NCBI GenBank assembly: GCA_965235115.1
Contig: OZ249448.1
Span: 20,522,001-20,586,000, forward strand
DNA from: Laetmonice hystrix
Taxonomy: Eukaryota
Reading direction: 5' to 3'
Length of the DNA stretch: 64,000 bases
In this document: one piece after another, positions 12,001 to 25,000 of the stretch
Numbering within the stretch: the first letter of the stretch is position 1
Layout: every line of letters begins with the position of its first letter
The notes under the pieces: generated by a model
The model's input: the letters and a program-made list of their open reading frames with translations, nothing else
Databases searched by the model: none
What the model was told of the DNA's origin: nothing
Program-made: the position numbers and the translations under genes

Positions 12001-15000
12001 TTATTTAGGACTTGAAGAAGATTCAAACACATCCAGATGTATTGGACTACACTATGATAGAAGAACTTGGCAAGTTATTGTAATGTTTGTGTTCTATGTA
12101 GAAACATGCCCTCACTGAGTCTCAGCTGCGGTGTCGTCTACAATGCTGTTTACGACTATCCTCTCTGTGGGGACCAAATACAGATGTTGTTGCCACCTTG
12201 TGGGAATATTTCTATCGACGTCTGGTAAGTACAATTTAATTGTAATAACATAATTTATGTGTTCAAGTTACCTGGGTACAAATGCTGTAATCATGCACGT
12301 GTGTTGGGAAGTTTTGTTTGATCTGTTACATCAATTTCATATGATAATTGATACTTTACTGATTCCAGAATAGCCATTTCCGTCAGCCAGGTGCAGGCTT
12401 AGAAGGATATGCCTCGATCAGGTAAGACACCATGGGGAAAAACTAGAATAACCATGAAATCAGATGCATTTAAGGAAAATACGAGTTAAACATCAAATGA
12501 CAGATCGTTATACAGAGAGGTGCCCAGAAAAAATTGAGTGCCGGGTGGTTGTTTTGCGCTAGCACCAGAATATGTTTTCAACTTGGGAGGGAACCAAATT
12601 ATTTTTCTCGAAGAAATTGGAGCCTTAGGAATGATTGAACAAGAGATGGCATGAGAGGTTATTGTGCACACACATTTATGATTTTATCAGATGATAGGCC
12701 TAATAAAAATTCCTGCAGGGAGGCACTTGAACCTTTTTAGTTTTGTGCCGGGTGGCTAAAATCCGTGCAAGGCAGGCCCGCCTGGCACCACCTGGCATAG
12801 ACACATCCTTGGTTATATACTGCTTTGGCTTTGATGTTCAATCAATATAGGGCCAATCATCAATGTCTACCTAGAAATACGGCTGGTACAAATGCTGATT
12901 TTTGTGTTTTTATTTGCCCCTGTTTCTCCTTTAGTAAGTCAGCAGCGGGCTGGTTGGATCAGTGTAAGGAACGATGTCAGTCAGATTCACACAGGTGAGT
13001 TATACAGATGATATCAGACACTGGGTTCCAGAGTATGACGGACTGTAAAGGATTAGAAAAACATTTGTAAACTAAAACATGGTTTTGTTTAGGAAGTCAT
13101 CTAAATAAAATATGTTTAGTTGGGGTGTAGACTTATTCCTGTTTGTTTGAATTGCAGATTAGATAATGACAGTAGCTACCAGCTGTTTCTGCGTATCCTA
13201 GCAACCCACCTGACGGCAGAGGGCAGCACTGGTCGTGCCAATACGACATGGAAGCAGTTAAAGGGCAGGTGGGTCAGAGTAATTGTCCATGACTTTCACC
13301 CCCTCAATGGTTGGATTATTATATCTGGTATATGTATTATAATATCTTATTATAAACTAAGGCTGTAATGTTTTCCCCATGGTTGTAGGTTTTACACCAA
13401 GTTCCACACCCGCCGTATGCAAGAGCTGACCGACATTGGACTGTATAATTTTACCAGCTTGTTTCTAGTCCTTGCTATGATTGCTGACAGCGAGGACGTG
13501 GTGAGTGCTCGTCCTCTGGTCAAGAGCTCCATGAGTTCCAGAATATGGAAATAAATCAAACAATTGATGAATCAAGAAATTTATTCTTAGTTCCATTCTT
13601 GACAAATACAGGTAATATAATTGACCAAAAGGTAGCAGTCATCAATTTAGAAACCAGTGTGAAAGAAGTCCCATGAAATTTGGTTAAAGTATTAAAGATA
13701 TTTATAATTTCTGAGAGAATAAGGTTTCTTGGTATTTTTGTCGTGAAGTACATTTGTGTACACGTTTGTATTGTTATTTGTAGGGGGGAAAGTTGTGTGA
13801 GTTGTTCAAAGCGCTGGGGTCACTTGACTCAGCACGACGGGAAACGGTTTGGAAGGGGCTCTTTGCCCTTGCCCTTTACCAGGTAGAGCAGTGTAAAGAC
13901 GTCGCCCACCCTGCTGACCACCTAGTGGAGGGATTCAACAACATCTGTGGGTGAGTGGTTCGACTGTCACGTGGGAAATGTGTATAATACAGGAGTTTCA
14001 CAAAACTAGTTCACTCAAATTCCACTATGCGCCACCACCGCTGAAAGCCCAGTTCCGCCGACACTGGGACTTCTGGTGTCAACATCCAGTACGACACACT
14101 GCCGCTCTCCGATATGTACATGATCGTCGGGCTCAATTGGGCTATAGACATGCTACCTCCGTTGCCACTGAAACAAGTTTCCCTTGTTTGGTCTTCTTGT
14201 TGCATGGCAAACCTCTTTCTGCCAAATACTTTCGTAATTCCTTCACTGTCCGGCCGCAAAGCCATGACTTCGGAAGAAGCAGTGACTGCAGACGACTCAG
14301 CGCACATGCGCAGTGACTGGTGCCGCCTAGCGGGATTTACGTGAACTAGTTTATGGAAACCCCTGTATTGTAGGAATTCTTTTTGATTTTACACCCTTTG
14401 CTCCCAGGGAAAAGATCTAGGACTATGTAGATCAGTCATATGATAAGAATTGGTTGGATGTTAATTTTGATGACCTAAGCTAGGGCCCTCTGCTCACAGA
14501 GAGCTGAGTTCTCCGGGGCTGGATCCATCACGGTACGCTGAACTCTCCCCGCTGGTCAACCTCTACCTGGACAGTACCCAAGAGGTCATCGAAACGAGCA
14601 CATCGCTGGCTCTCAGCGAGTATAGACTCATTGGTGAGTAGATATTACTCTGCATCGTACCTTCAGAAATAAATTGTTTACAACTGTGTCAAAAAGTCAG
14701 AGCATAGTCCATGTATTGGAGTGAAAGGCCCTTCATTTTGTGTGTATCCACCAGGGGGTGGCATTAAGGAGCTGTTGAAGACATGCCGGGACAATGAGAT
14801 GCGTGGTTTGCTTGGTTTTACTCAAGCCATCCTTGCCAAACACAGACTGGTCACGCGGCGACTTCTACAGGATGGGCTCTCCAGTACAGCCACATTACAG
14901 CACAGACGTAAGACAATTTATTTTTAAAACCTGGTAATAAAAGAGGACAAGTTGTCAAACTGTCAGTCAAACTACTTGTTTATCATTTGTCATTCACATA

Positions 15001-18000
15001 AAATTCTACTCTCTGGGAACCCATGAAAGTGTGCTATCTGATTGGTCCAGATTTGTCTGATGCGTTATGGCGCTTCGTGTACGAGTTTGTGAAACAACAT
15101 GCGTGTACGCAGACCCCTTGTCACCAGGTGGCTGATGTGGCAGCAGGCTTCACTCTGCTCGTCATGGACAGGTGAGTCGGGTGATGAAGGACAACTGATT
15201 GTTCTCTCTTAAGTTAGGTTACAGAAAGTCTGAATTCATGATCTTATGACTATTACATAAAGTTCAGATGAGAGAAAACTGGGCAAAAACAGGGCTCTGC
15301 TCTAGGGCATACAAATTTTGAAGATGCATCCAGCATGTTGGACTTGATTTTCATTGAGGAACAATGGACCCTCAATAATAGGTATTGTTCTCTGGTTCTT
15401 AGCCCGCCTAGTATCCAGACAGGGATGAAGGAAGACTTTCAGCATTGTTTCCAATACTTTGGATGGGCTGAACATGTCAACGCACGGTAAGTCCAGTGAA
15501 AGTATTTTATATTAAATACACATTTGGAATGTAGAAATAACATGAGAACTGATTTTAAGTGCCTGCATCATATTTTGTTCTTTACATTTTGAAGAAAAAA
15601 TGTTTTGATTTTATCTTCATGACAGTGTATCTTGTCGGTTCCTGTGTCACCTGCTGACTAACCAATCAGCCATTGAGAGACTGAGTGTAGATGTGACCAA
15701 TCATGAGGCAGTTCTCATAGCAGCCTGGTTCCGCTGTGCCTGGACAGTTGCACTTGATGACCCCCAGATGATCCAGTTGACAAGGTAGGAACCTACAGCA
15801 CCACAACTCCAATCTAAAATCTCACCACATGAGGTCTGGCAATCTATGCAAACATGTAGGGTTCACATAGCGCCAACAGGCCTTGCAACTTCTGTGAAAC
15901 ATTAGTTTAGAAGTCGTTGAAATGTCTTTGTACAGAAGTCAGAAGCAAGAGTTCTATTCATTCAGATCTGATCCATTGATATCATTACTGTTTCTGAGAG
16001 TAAAACAAAAGACTCAAGTTGTGGCATGTTTTATATCTAGACTGATGATAAAGCTGGAGGAGATGAAGTCTATCTTTGTTGAGTCAGACATCCAGCCCGG
16101 AGACAGCCCGGGATCAGTCCTGTCTACATTTATACAGTCACTGGGACACAAATATGGCCACCTCCAGGTAATGTCGATATATGTCCTTCCAACAGAACAT
16201 CTTTTTCACAGTTCTTGAAAATTTAAGATTGTGCATTCTGATTGGCTGGTTAAAGAAGGCAACGGCAAACCAACCTATTAGGAGTTAAAACTTAAGCTTG
16301 GTTGTTTGTTTTTCTTCCATGTCAGTGTTGTTGTTTGTTCAGGACCTGAGGGAGAAGGTTGCCTTCCAGCAACACGTGCAGGTGTTGCTTGGCGACGTTT
16401 CCAAACAAGTGACGTCATCCAAGCTGGCTTCCTCCCAACCTGAGATACTGCAGGCCATGTACAATGTGGGTGGTCTGCTGGTGAAACACTGTGGCAATTT
16501 CCTCTACATCAAGGTCAGTGCTGTCCCTGGGGTCGGAGGTCATAGGTCAGACAGCTATTCTTTGATATAACAATAGTTGTGAGACTGAGAGAGAATCGTT
16601 GTAATGCTGAGGTAGATATGGAGATGCTGGTACTCAGAGGTTGTATATTTCACACTAATCCTTCCTCTACAGACATAAGTCTACCGTCATTGTACATTAG
16701 CATTGACTGAATAACTTGAAATGAACCTCACTTGAACAATTTACCACAATTATTTTGTTATATTTTAGTCTCGCCCTGACTGTGTTTTACCAATGCTGAT
16801 AGAACGTCTCATCCTGCCCCGAATGTTGCTGACTCCCAATAAACCTGTGCCAGGTCCGATTCTCACAGCCATCAGGGAACATCTTTATCTGGTCAGTGGT
16901 TCCCTTCACATTGAATCTCTATTGGACATCATACAAGTGTATTTATTATAAAGGCATGAGTGTGTACAACATGTCTATGAGACTAGGAATATTGCAATGT
17001 AGTTCTGTCATTTTCTTATTTAAAGTACTGGTAAGTGCCCTTTTGGTGACATTATGCTTTGGTTTCAGTTTGTCCAAGGTCTGGGTTGTCTGGACTACCG
17101 TCGTGACCCATACATCCAACGCAAACTGAGGGACGTTGTTATTCAATATCTGCCGCGGTTCTCAGAGGTAATCCCAGTGTTAACTTTTTGACTGAATTCT
17201 ACTTGCAGCAAACCTCAAATGGTTTCTTATTGAATGAATTTTACTCTGTGCAGCCCCAACCAGATGTTCACTAATTGACTGAATTCTGCTCTTTGTCTTT
17301 ACAGCGGACCTTTAGTACAAGCAATGTGACATCTGTCCATCCCCTGCTTGTAAGTAATAATATAAGTATAAATTATAGGCAGCAAAGCATCATGTTATCA
17401 TAAGTAAGACAGGAGAGAGGGGCAGAAAGTTGAACACAAACATAAGTTAGGATCTGTACTAATCTCGGATTCATCAACTACATGTAGAGATTAGTTATGA
17501 AAGGCTCCACCAGGGTGGCAGCACTGAGCCTTAGGAAATTTTTTGATCATATCAAGTCCAAGAAAAAAAATCTATAGATAAAGTTTGATTTGTTACATCT
17601 TATAATATCATTGATCTGTGCATGTACTGTTTGTGTTGTGGAGACTGCCATGTCAGAAACGTGTGGGAGGCAGGTCAGCGAGGAGTCCGTCCAGTTCCGC
17701 CACCATGTACTGCAGGTTGTACAGACCGAGTTTCTGACACTGCGTGGTGTAACAGTCCACGGCCATGCCAGTCTGGTCAGTTCTTCATCTCTAGCCTTGC
17801 AAGCTAAACCTCCTAGAACTTTATTTTACCATCAGGTTTCTTCCATAAAATCCTTGAAAATATTCCTGTTGTTTTTATAAATATATGCAGCGAAATTATT
17901 TTCTTCTTGTGCCAGGCTTTGGGATTTCTCATGGACCTCTCAAGGAAAACGCTGAACTCTGACATCATTGCCAGGTAAGGAAACCGAATTCATCTTCCCT

Positions 18001-19083
18001 TATGAATTCATTTTGGGGGATTTTGCGGATTGCAGAGTCAGCAAGGATACTGTCCCCTGTTGATTGCCAGGACAGTGAGGTAGTGGCCCGTATTGCTTGC
18101 AGGGACAGTGGGGATATTGTCCCCTGTTGGTTACCGGGACATTGAGGTATGTGTCCCGTATTTCTTGCAGGGAGAGTGAGGATGCTGACCCATTGATTGC
18201 AGGGACAGTGAGATAAATGTCCCATGTTGATTGCAGGGGCAGTGAGGTAGTTCTGGAATGCCTGCTAACCCTCCTACTGCTGTGTGAGAACCCATCCATC
18301 AAGGTCTTGGCCACTAACAACGTCCAGACGATACTCGAGGCGTGTGCCCGACTACCTGCAGACAGCGCAGTCATGTAAGGAATCAGCTTTTTATGGTCTG
18401 GGAAGCTAAATGAATTTGTCATTGTGTTTCCATCCATAATGTGTCACGTTTGGGCAGTTGGCAGAAAGATGGCATTATAATGTATGACGTGTCGATACCC
18501 TTTATTTTATATCGATGCACAGAGATAGAGTGGCACATGGCCTCGAGCAGTTCCTCACTCGCCACCTGGGGGCGCACCAAGCGCGCGTCCTGCGAGTGTT
18601 GGAGACAGCGTCTGTCCTGTGTCCCACACCCCTCATCCAACTGATTCCAGTACTCACTGCCGCTGTCCGCAGCACTGAGGCTAAGAGAGGCACTGGTGTC
18701 GACAAACAACTCAGGTAATCATCAATAAGTACCCACAGTTTGTCTTTACGGATCCTTAACATCTTAACAGTCAAACTTCTTAAAGGTTCTTAGAATTTCA
18801 TTTGTGTTAAAGTAAATGTTGCAAAAACATATTTTCATCTGATAGCTTACAAGGATACCCTCCCCCCGCCCACTTCAATGGAATCGTCTTTGAGCCCGTC
18901 CTGTCCTATTGTTGATAGAACAGGGGGTACAGCGTGCGGATTGACAACGTAACCCACGTGACATATCGGTGACTTGATGTGTTCTGATCTTGCGGCAGGG
19001 TGGCCTACTTCAGCGTGTTGGACAATCTGGGGGACAAGGGCAGAGCGGAAAAGTCCTCCCTCCTGGTCTCCAACACCGGCTAA
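9098..19083 (+). CDS. MMS22L: MMS22-like replication-fork repair protein (TONSL partner), multi-exon
   Basis: Start MDDAHDSCSMTPPLSP. Exons match remembered human MMS22L segments in order: FSCACVKELCVMLVHLLNHR (CPCLCIKELWVLLIHLLDHR), DPIGFCWWLLLHIAPLYQYD (DPLGFSWWIITHVASFYKFD), WKQLKGR/FYTKFHTRRMQELTDIGLYNFTSLFLVLA (WKQVKGRIYSKFHQKRMEELTEVGLQNFFSLFLLLA), IKVLATNNVQ (VKRLATENLQ). Last exon VAYFSVLDNLGDKG...TAA 19081-19083. Confidence 0.95.
13990..14365. mobile_element. Tc1/mariner-type MITE (TA TSD) in an MMS22L intron
   Basis: TA|CAGGAGTTTCACAAAACTAGTTCAC ... GTGAACTAGTTTATGGAAACCCCTG|TA; CpG-rich relative to the flanking intron. Confidence 0.85.
18043..18250 (+). repeat. Degenerate ~34-bp tandem repeat (about 6 units) ending at an MMS22L 3' splice site
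   Basis: Units resemble CCC(C/G)TGTTGATTGCAG-GGACAGTGAGGTA; the last unit contains the real acceptor (exon starts 18237). Confidence 0.8.
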
Positions 19084-20405
19084 CCCCCCCCCCCCCGCCC
19101 ACGGACAAGCCCTGGATACAAGCGGCCCACCAGCGGTACCATGACAACCAGCATCACGTCACCGCCCGCTCGCTGGCTCCCCCTGGCGGCGGCAGGCGCA
19201 GTCTGTTTCGTCACGGTTATATCATAACCGGTAAGCATGTTATGTAAGTTCCCGGATGAGAACAATGGCCTCCATCTGGCCTCGGCGGCGGCGGGACAAA
19301 AATAGAAGCCAGAGTGACTGTAGCTGTGCTGGTCGAGTTCACGTCTACCAGTATCGATGTCGGCCCCTATGTTGAAAGGTTGGACTGGAAATTTATAGGC
19401 TGTGGCAAGCTGGTGGTAAAGTGACAATGCATGTATTATAAGAAGTAAGCGGGAAAGTGAGTCTGTGTTGTCAATGTATTATAAATCAACTTGTTACGAT
19501 TATAATAGGGATGGATGGAGAGGCATTTATCATCTAACAGGAGAATAGAGTGTCAACACGTATGAGACAATAAACTTGAAAATATCGATGATTTTTATTT
19601 TTATTATTTTGAATATGCAGTAAAGGTTTACAGTAAAGTTACTACAGCCTGTATAATTATCGTGCTTCTAGAAGATCCAAGTCTTATTCCATATAAAATA
19701 TACACCAGTCAAGTACATGTTCCGTACTTTGTAAAACCACAATGGAAGTACAATGGGTTCACCCTCAGAAACCCCCACAAACGCACAAAATAACATTCTG
19801 AATTCATTTTCTGACTGCAAGCCTTAAAAATTATTGTGCTCCACATATATTCCAACACACAGTCTATATTTTTCACTTTCATGTTTCACGTTATTATCGC
19901 ATGTATACTTTCCTCAGATAATACTAGCTAATTATTATCATTGCTTCAATATCGGAGCGAGTATTTCATCTTCATCGTCCCAGCAGTCGGCGCGTTAACC
20001 ACACAACTTACTAAGTACATGTGTATTCTCAATCATTAATTTTGCACACATAATGTCTCGTGGGTACAACATCACAGAGTTTTTCCCCTAACAATAAAGT
20101 AACATATCTTTTCGATAGATTGTTCTAATTAGACATCACCCAATATTAGGCCTATTACAGATGAGTACAGGGAAACGGAGGCAGGTTGGTCGCTTGCGAA
20201 ATAGTATCAAATGTGTTTGGACTGTTTGAGTAGGTGCTGTTGGCAAGTGCCATCTGACATTGAAACGAACGTTTAGACTAATTAACATTCAAGTCCCATG
20301 AATAAACCGTTTTAACAGACTTTTTCTACTAGCAAGGCACCGGTGTTTGTAACCCCTGAGTCGGTCTCCGTTACCATGGAATCAGCAGTCGGACGTTGAG
20401 AATGT

Positions 20406-22044
20406 TCAGGGTTTCTCGCCTCTGGCCAGGCGTTCATTAATTTTGGCCACCACCTCAGGCAGCTCGGCGATGCTGTCTATGACGTAATGCGCACCCGACC
20501 TGCGCAATGTCTGTCGCGAGCGTTCGGCGCGGGCCTCCATGTCGTCTGTTGATATCTCCGACTCCTGCTCCAGACTGTCCACATCCATGTAGTTAGAGTA
20601 GCGGGCGACGCCGACACCCCAGCACCCGGCCTCCAGGGCTTCCCCAACCCCGGATACTGTATCGTCTACCTTGACCACGGCCTGGACGGGGTGGACGTCG
20701 AGCAGGTCCATGTTCCGATACACCATGAATGGTTTGGGCCGCGCGCCATGCACGACCTCATCTCCGGCAACTGACGCGTCTGGCACGTAACCTTGCTTCT
20801 TGGCCTCCTCTAGCAGCACGTCCACCATCGACTTGAGGAAACCAGTCGTGCTGCCGATCTTCAAGCCGAAGTCGGAGCGGAGGGTGTTGATGGCAGTGGT
20901 CGTGCCCGGGATGAGGTCTGTGTAGCGGCGGAGACAGGCCAGCTGCATGGGCACGAAGTCCTTAAACATGTTGTCCACGTCGGCCTGGCTGGGCTGGCGG
21001 CCATACTGTTCAAACCATCGCTTCCTCACTCCTTCATTTTCCGTGATCGCCTGCCAGGAACATCAGATCGTTAATCAGGGCTCCCTTGGGGGGTTAGCTA
21101 CACATTGCCAAATCAAATTTCATACCATATTTCCAATTTTTTCTTGATCTTACAATTTTCCAAAATATATAATATTCCGCTATTCCCCAGACAAATCCAT
21201 GGCTATAGATCTACGCCCCTGCCTTTGTCCCATTTTCATCTCATATCTTCCTTCTGATATATATAGGCGTAGGCCTATAGCCTATACTATAGTAGGACTA
21301 TATATAGTAGTAGATCTACCATACAACATGATATACAACATGAGCCCCCGCCGCCCACACCACTACAATCCCTTCTCAAACTATGGCATAAATATAGGCC
21401 TACTCTTTCCGGGCTATCACAAGTCATTATTTTGACATTAATTAAATCGTGCATGGCCAGTCTATAAGCCTATAACATTCATCATTAAATTTGCTGCACT
21501 CCGGCGCACCTGTTGCCTGACAATGCTGCAGGCTCTAATATAATATTTTGGCGAGATAATCAATCTATTAGTGCCGGACAGGTGTATTTTTCACACAGGT
21601 GTGCTGTCGACAATGACAATTTGTGTTGAGGTAAAACCGCGATCGTGCCATTGTCATTTATAGGCCTATCCTTCAGAATGTATCGTTTTGGGAGGAATGC
21701 CAGAAAGAGAAAGAAAGCTTGAAATAGAATGGAAATAGAATTTACCCGTACATTGAAGAAACTAAACCACTATGAAAATAAACACAAATATATGACATTG
21801 AATTTTAGGTTTATAGGCTTATTTGCAACTGAAGACCACTGACCTTAATGTGGAGGTCTTTCCTGAGTCCCATGGGTTCGCGGGCCTCGGCCATGGTGAT
21901 GGGGACCTTGTGTTTACTGAACACATCGACGAACACTACGGCTGGTGCGAGAACATATTTATCGGCTGTGGTCCCACTCCAGTCCATGATGGCCGCCCGG
22001 AGGGGTCCCGTGTACGTCCGGGCGAATTGGTAGTATTTGCTCAT
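20406..22044 (-). CDS. phnX: Phosphonoacetaldehyde hydrolase (phosphonatase, HAD superfamily), 281 aa, 2 coding exons (22044-21844, 21050-20406)
   Basis: Motif I DWSGT (nucleophile Asp), cap PMGLRKDLH (Schiff-base Lys plus His), motif II GSTTGF, ARPKPFM, motif IV KVDDTVSG, C-terminal GAHYVIDSIAEL. Phase-0 GT-AG intron (AAG|gtcagt ... ttcctggcag|GCG). A further acceptor lies just 5' of the ATG (5'-UTR intron). Confidence 0.95.
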
Positions 22045-25000
22045 CGTGTCTGGAGAAAAAGGATGAAGGTGGTTGGAATTATACAACTACACTGTGGCCT
22101 TCATTATTTCTTTCACTTAATCTATACCTGCGCAGCGGATCGCCGGCAGCGCCTGTTCTTCCCCCGTTGCCAGCTTATAAACCAGGCCTTAGATCTATAA
22201 TTATGGTTAAGGGCAGGGGGCCACACTCTCCCGAATGGCAGACTCAAACACAATCGTATTTATTTCAACATTGAGTGACTGTTTTTCCTTATCTCATACT
22301 TCTGTCAGGATACAGGCCTAGGCCTATCTATATCCCTATCCACTGTTTAGATCTATTAGGCAGTCAACTCTTAATTGGAGAGGGCGGCTCGGGGGAAATC
22401 GTCCAAGGTCAAATATAAACCACCATCCATGGTTTTCGTATCGAGGAAGGGCAGCCACAGTGACCATTGATGGATACGGTTCATGGCATCCCATCATGTT
22501 TATTCCATACCACGTGACTGAGTGCAATCAAGCGTGCAATCCATGCCCACCTGCTCCCAGGGCTGTTGAGGGCGGCAGCTGCATATAGGGCGAGTGGTGA
22601 TTTTACGTCTGCAGAGGCCTTTTATAGCAGGGCCTCCTTTCACGTAGGCCTACAAAGTGTCGCCCATGCAGCCGTTAGGCCTAAAATATGTCGCCCATGG
22701 ATGCAGGTTGACAAAATTGAATGACTAAAGGCGACAAGTATAGTGCCTTATAACATCGAACTGTGCCACGGTTCGGCCTCGACATTATCTATACCGGACA
22801 CGATATGGAAGTCAGTCGACCTCTAGCCTATTCTCGGGTAGACCTACATCAAAGATTTGATAACATATCGGGGATACACGCGTAGATTCTAAATTTTGGG
22901 AGTCTTCTATTATTGTCACATAGGCTAGTGAAAATTCCTTAACGGAGGCATGCACTGCCTTCTGTAGAAATCAACTGCTTTGTCTGCCGTTGCATGGTGA
23001 CTCCGGTGCAGCATCTCTGGCAGCAGTCCACGTTCACAAAAAGACCGAGTGCAGACGAGACTGGATCGAGTGCAGACACCCGCATCGATGATCCAAACCA
23101 TACAAACTGTATAAGATCGAGGTCGAGAAAGAAAGTATAGGCCTATATGTTGAAATCTTCTCCTTGTAATTTAAGCCTATACCGGAAATCTGCGGAGACC
23201 ATTTCGCTGCGCATAGATCTATCCATAGCTAGGGGCCTATTAGTCCTGTTTGTGGTTTATTGTAGGCTATGGGAAAGGAGACTAGGCCTATAGGCCTATA
23301 TATAGGCCCTAGGTGAAGAGACGGGTTTTTTCAATGGGAGGTAGCCTGACATGTATTTTCAGACCAAACTGTAGACTATACGCTGGCACAACATATAGGC
23401 CTATACGCGCGCACAGTGGCGGATTTAGGGGGGCACAGCCCCCTCCCCCCCCCCAATTTTTTTTTTTTTTTCAAAAGTAGGGTTCTGGTCCTCACATACT
23501 GAGTGACCCTTGCCCATGTCAGGCTATATCCATTCATTCACCCATACACCTGCCCCCTCCCCCCGCCGAAAAAAAATCCTGGATTGCTGGAATATCTCTG
23601 CCCAGCGCGCCCCAGGGCAGTGACGCAGCCCCAGCTTCTGACGGCTCCAATCACACTTAACTAGATCTGTCCATGCATCCTTCTGCCTCCTGCGCGTAGT
23701 GTAACGCAGTAACGCAGTGCAGTGGTCAAATATTGGCTACAATCACACCATTGTGACAACCTCCACCACCTCGCCCCAACCACAGGAGTCTGACACATTC
23801 ATTAATTGGCTGTGTTTTATTTATTATAGTACTATAGCTACCGCCCGCCCAATGTGTCAGACTCCTGTGCCCCAACACTATATACCGGGCTTCATTCATC
23901 CACACGTACGGTAGGGGCCTATAGCAGGCCTACCCATCTACTGAATGAGATACAGATATCCTACATCACACCACATAATGATCAGTCTGAACCAGAGTCA
24001 ACGCAATCTCGACCTCTACTTACACTCGTTTGTTCCAGTTACGGTGACTTAAACCGGAGTGCTTGTTGTGCTTTTTGGTCCTTGGTGTGATTGTCCGAGC
24101 TCTGGAGGATGGCGCTGTGACAATGCTGACTGCCCGAGGGGAGGTTGAGACCCTCTATATATAGCCCTATATCAGAGTGTTGTGAGAGGGAGAGGCGGGG
24201 CGCCCAGTCAGCGTTCACACTGGCGATGGTCGTGGCGCCACCTACTAGTAATCGGCCACACTACCGTGAACTGATACCAAGCATGGTCCACCATTCGTGC
24301 TGATACCACATGGACAGTTACGGTAGGCCCTGGCAGCAGGGGGTTGGTCTATAAAGTTGTCTTGTTACCAAACTGGGGAACCCAAGAAATCCTGATCCAT
24401 TCACGAACGACATGTGACCCATTCGCGCGCGACTACACCCTCATATATAGTTCCAAGGCCTAAATCTACAGCTTTTTAAAGGCTAATTGATTAAAACAGA
24501 TCTAGATCTAGTAGGCCTTTACTTTCCTTTAAGTTTTTTAGTTGCAAAAAGAAAGAAAAACATGTAACAAGCTTTTTGTATGGGGTTATTGAACGTTACC
24601 GTGTTACTTAAATTCTTAGAGGTTTGAAATTCACGGACCTCGAGAAAAGGTGAGCTGAAAATACGGAGGTTTCCGTACAAAATACGGATGGTTGGCAACA
24701 CTACATAAAATGTAAATAGGCTACACATGCAAAGGTACAGGCCTATACTGATAAGTAGGCCCCCTAAGTTAAATTATCTATTGAATTAAATAATCACATA
24801 TTAGGACTCTGTTCACAATTAGTGTGGTCTATCTAGACACCTTCTCGATAGTGATTGGACTAGGCTATACTATTCCGGTTCTGCCAAGCCTTAATTCAGT
24901 GTCAGCCATGTAGACAAACTGGACAGATTGGTGGCCGGTCGGCTGGAGTTATACGGCCTAGACCTAGATCTATACCGAGACAAGCCGGGGCAGCAGGTAG

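Noticed and set aside
20406-22044. Bacterial contamination or phn operon
   Set aside because: The gene has GT-AG introns, no flanking phn genes, and continuous animal context.
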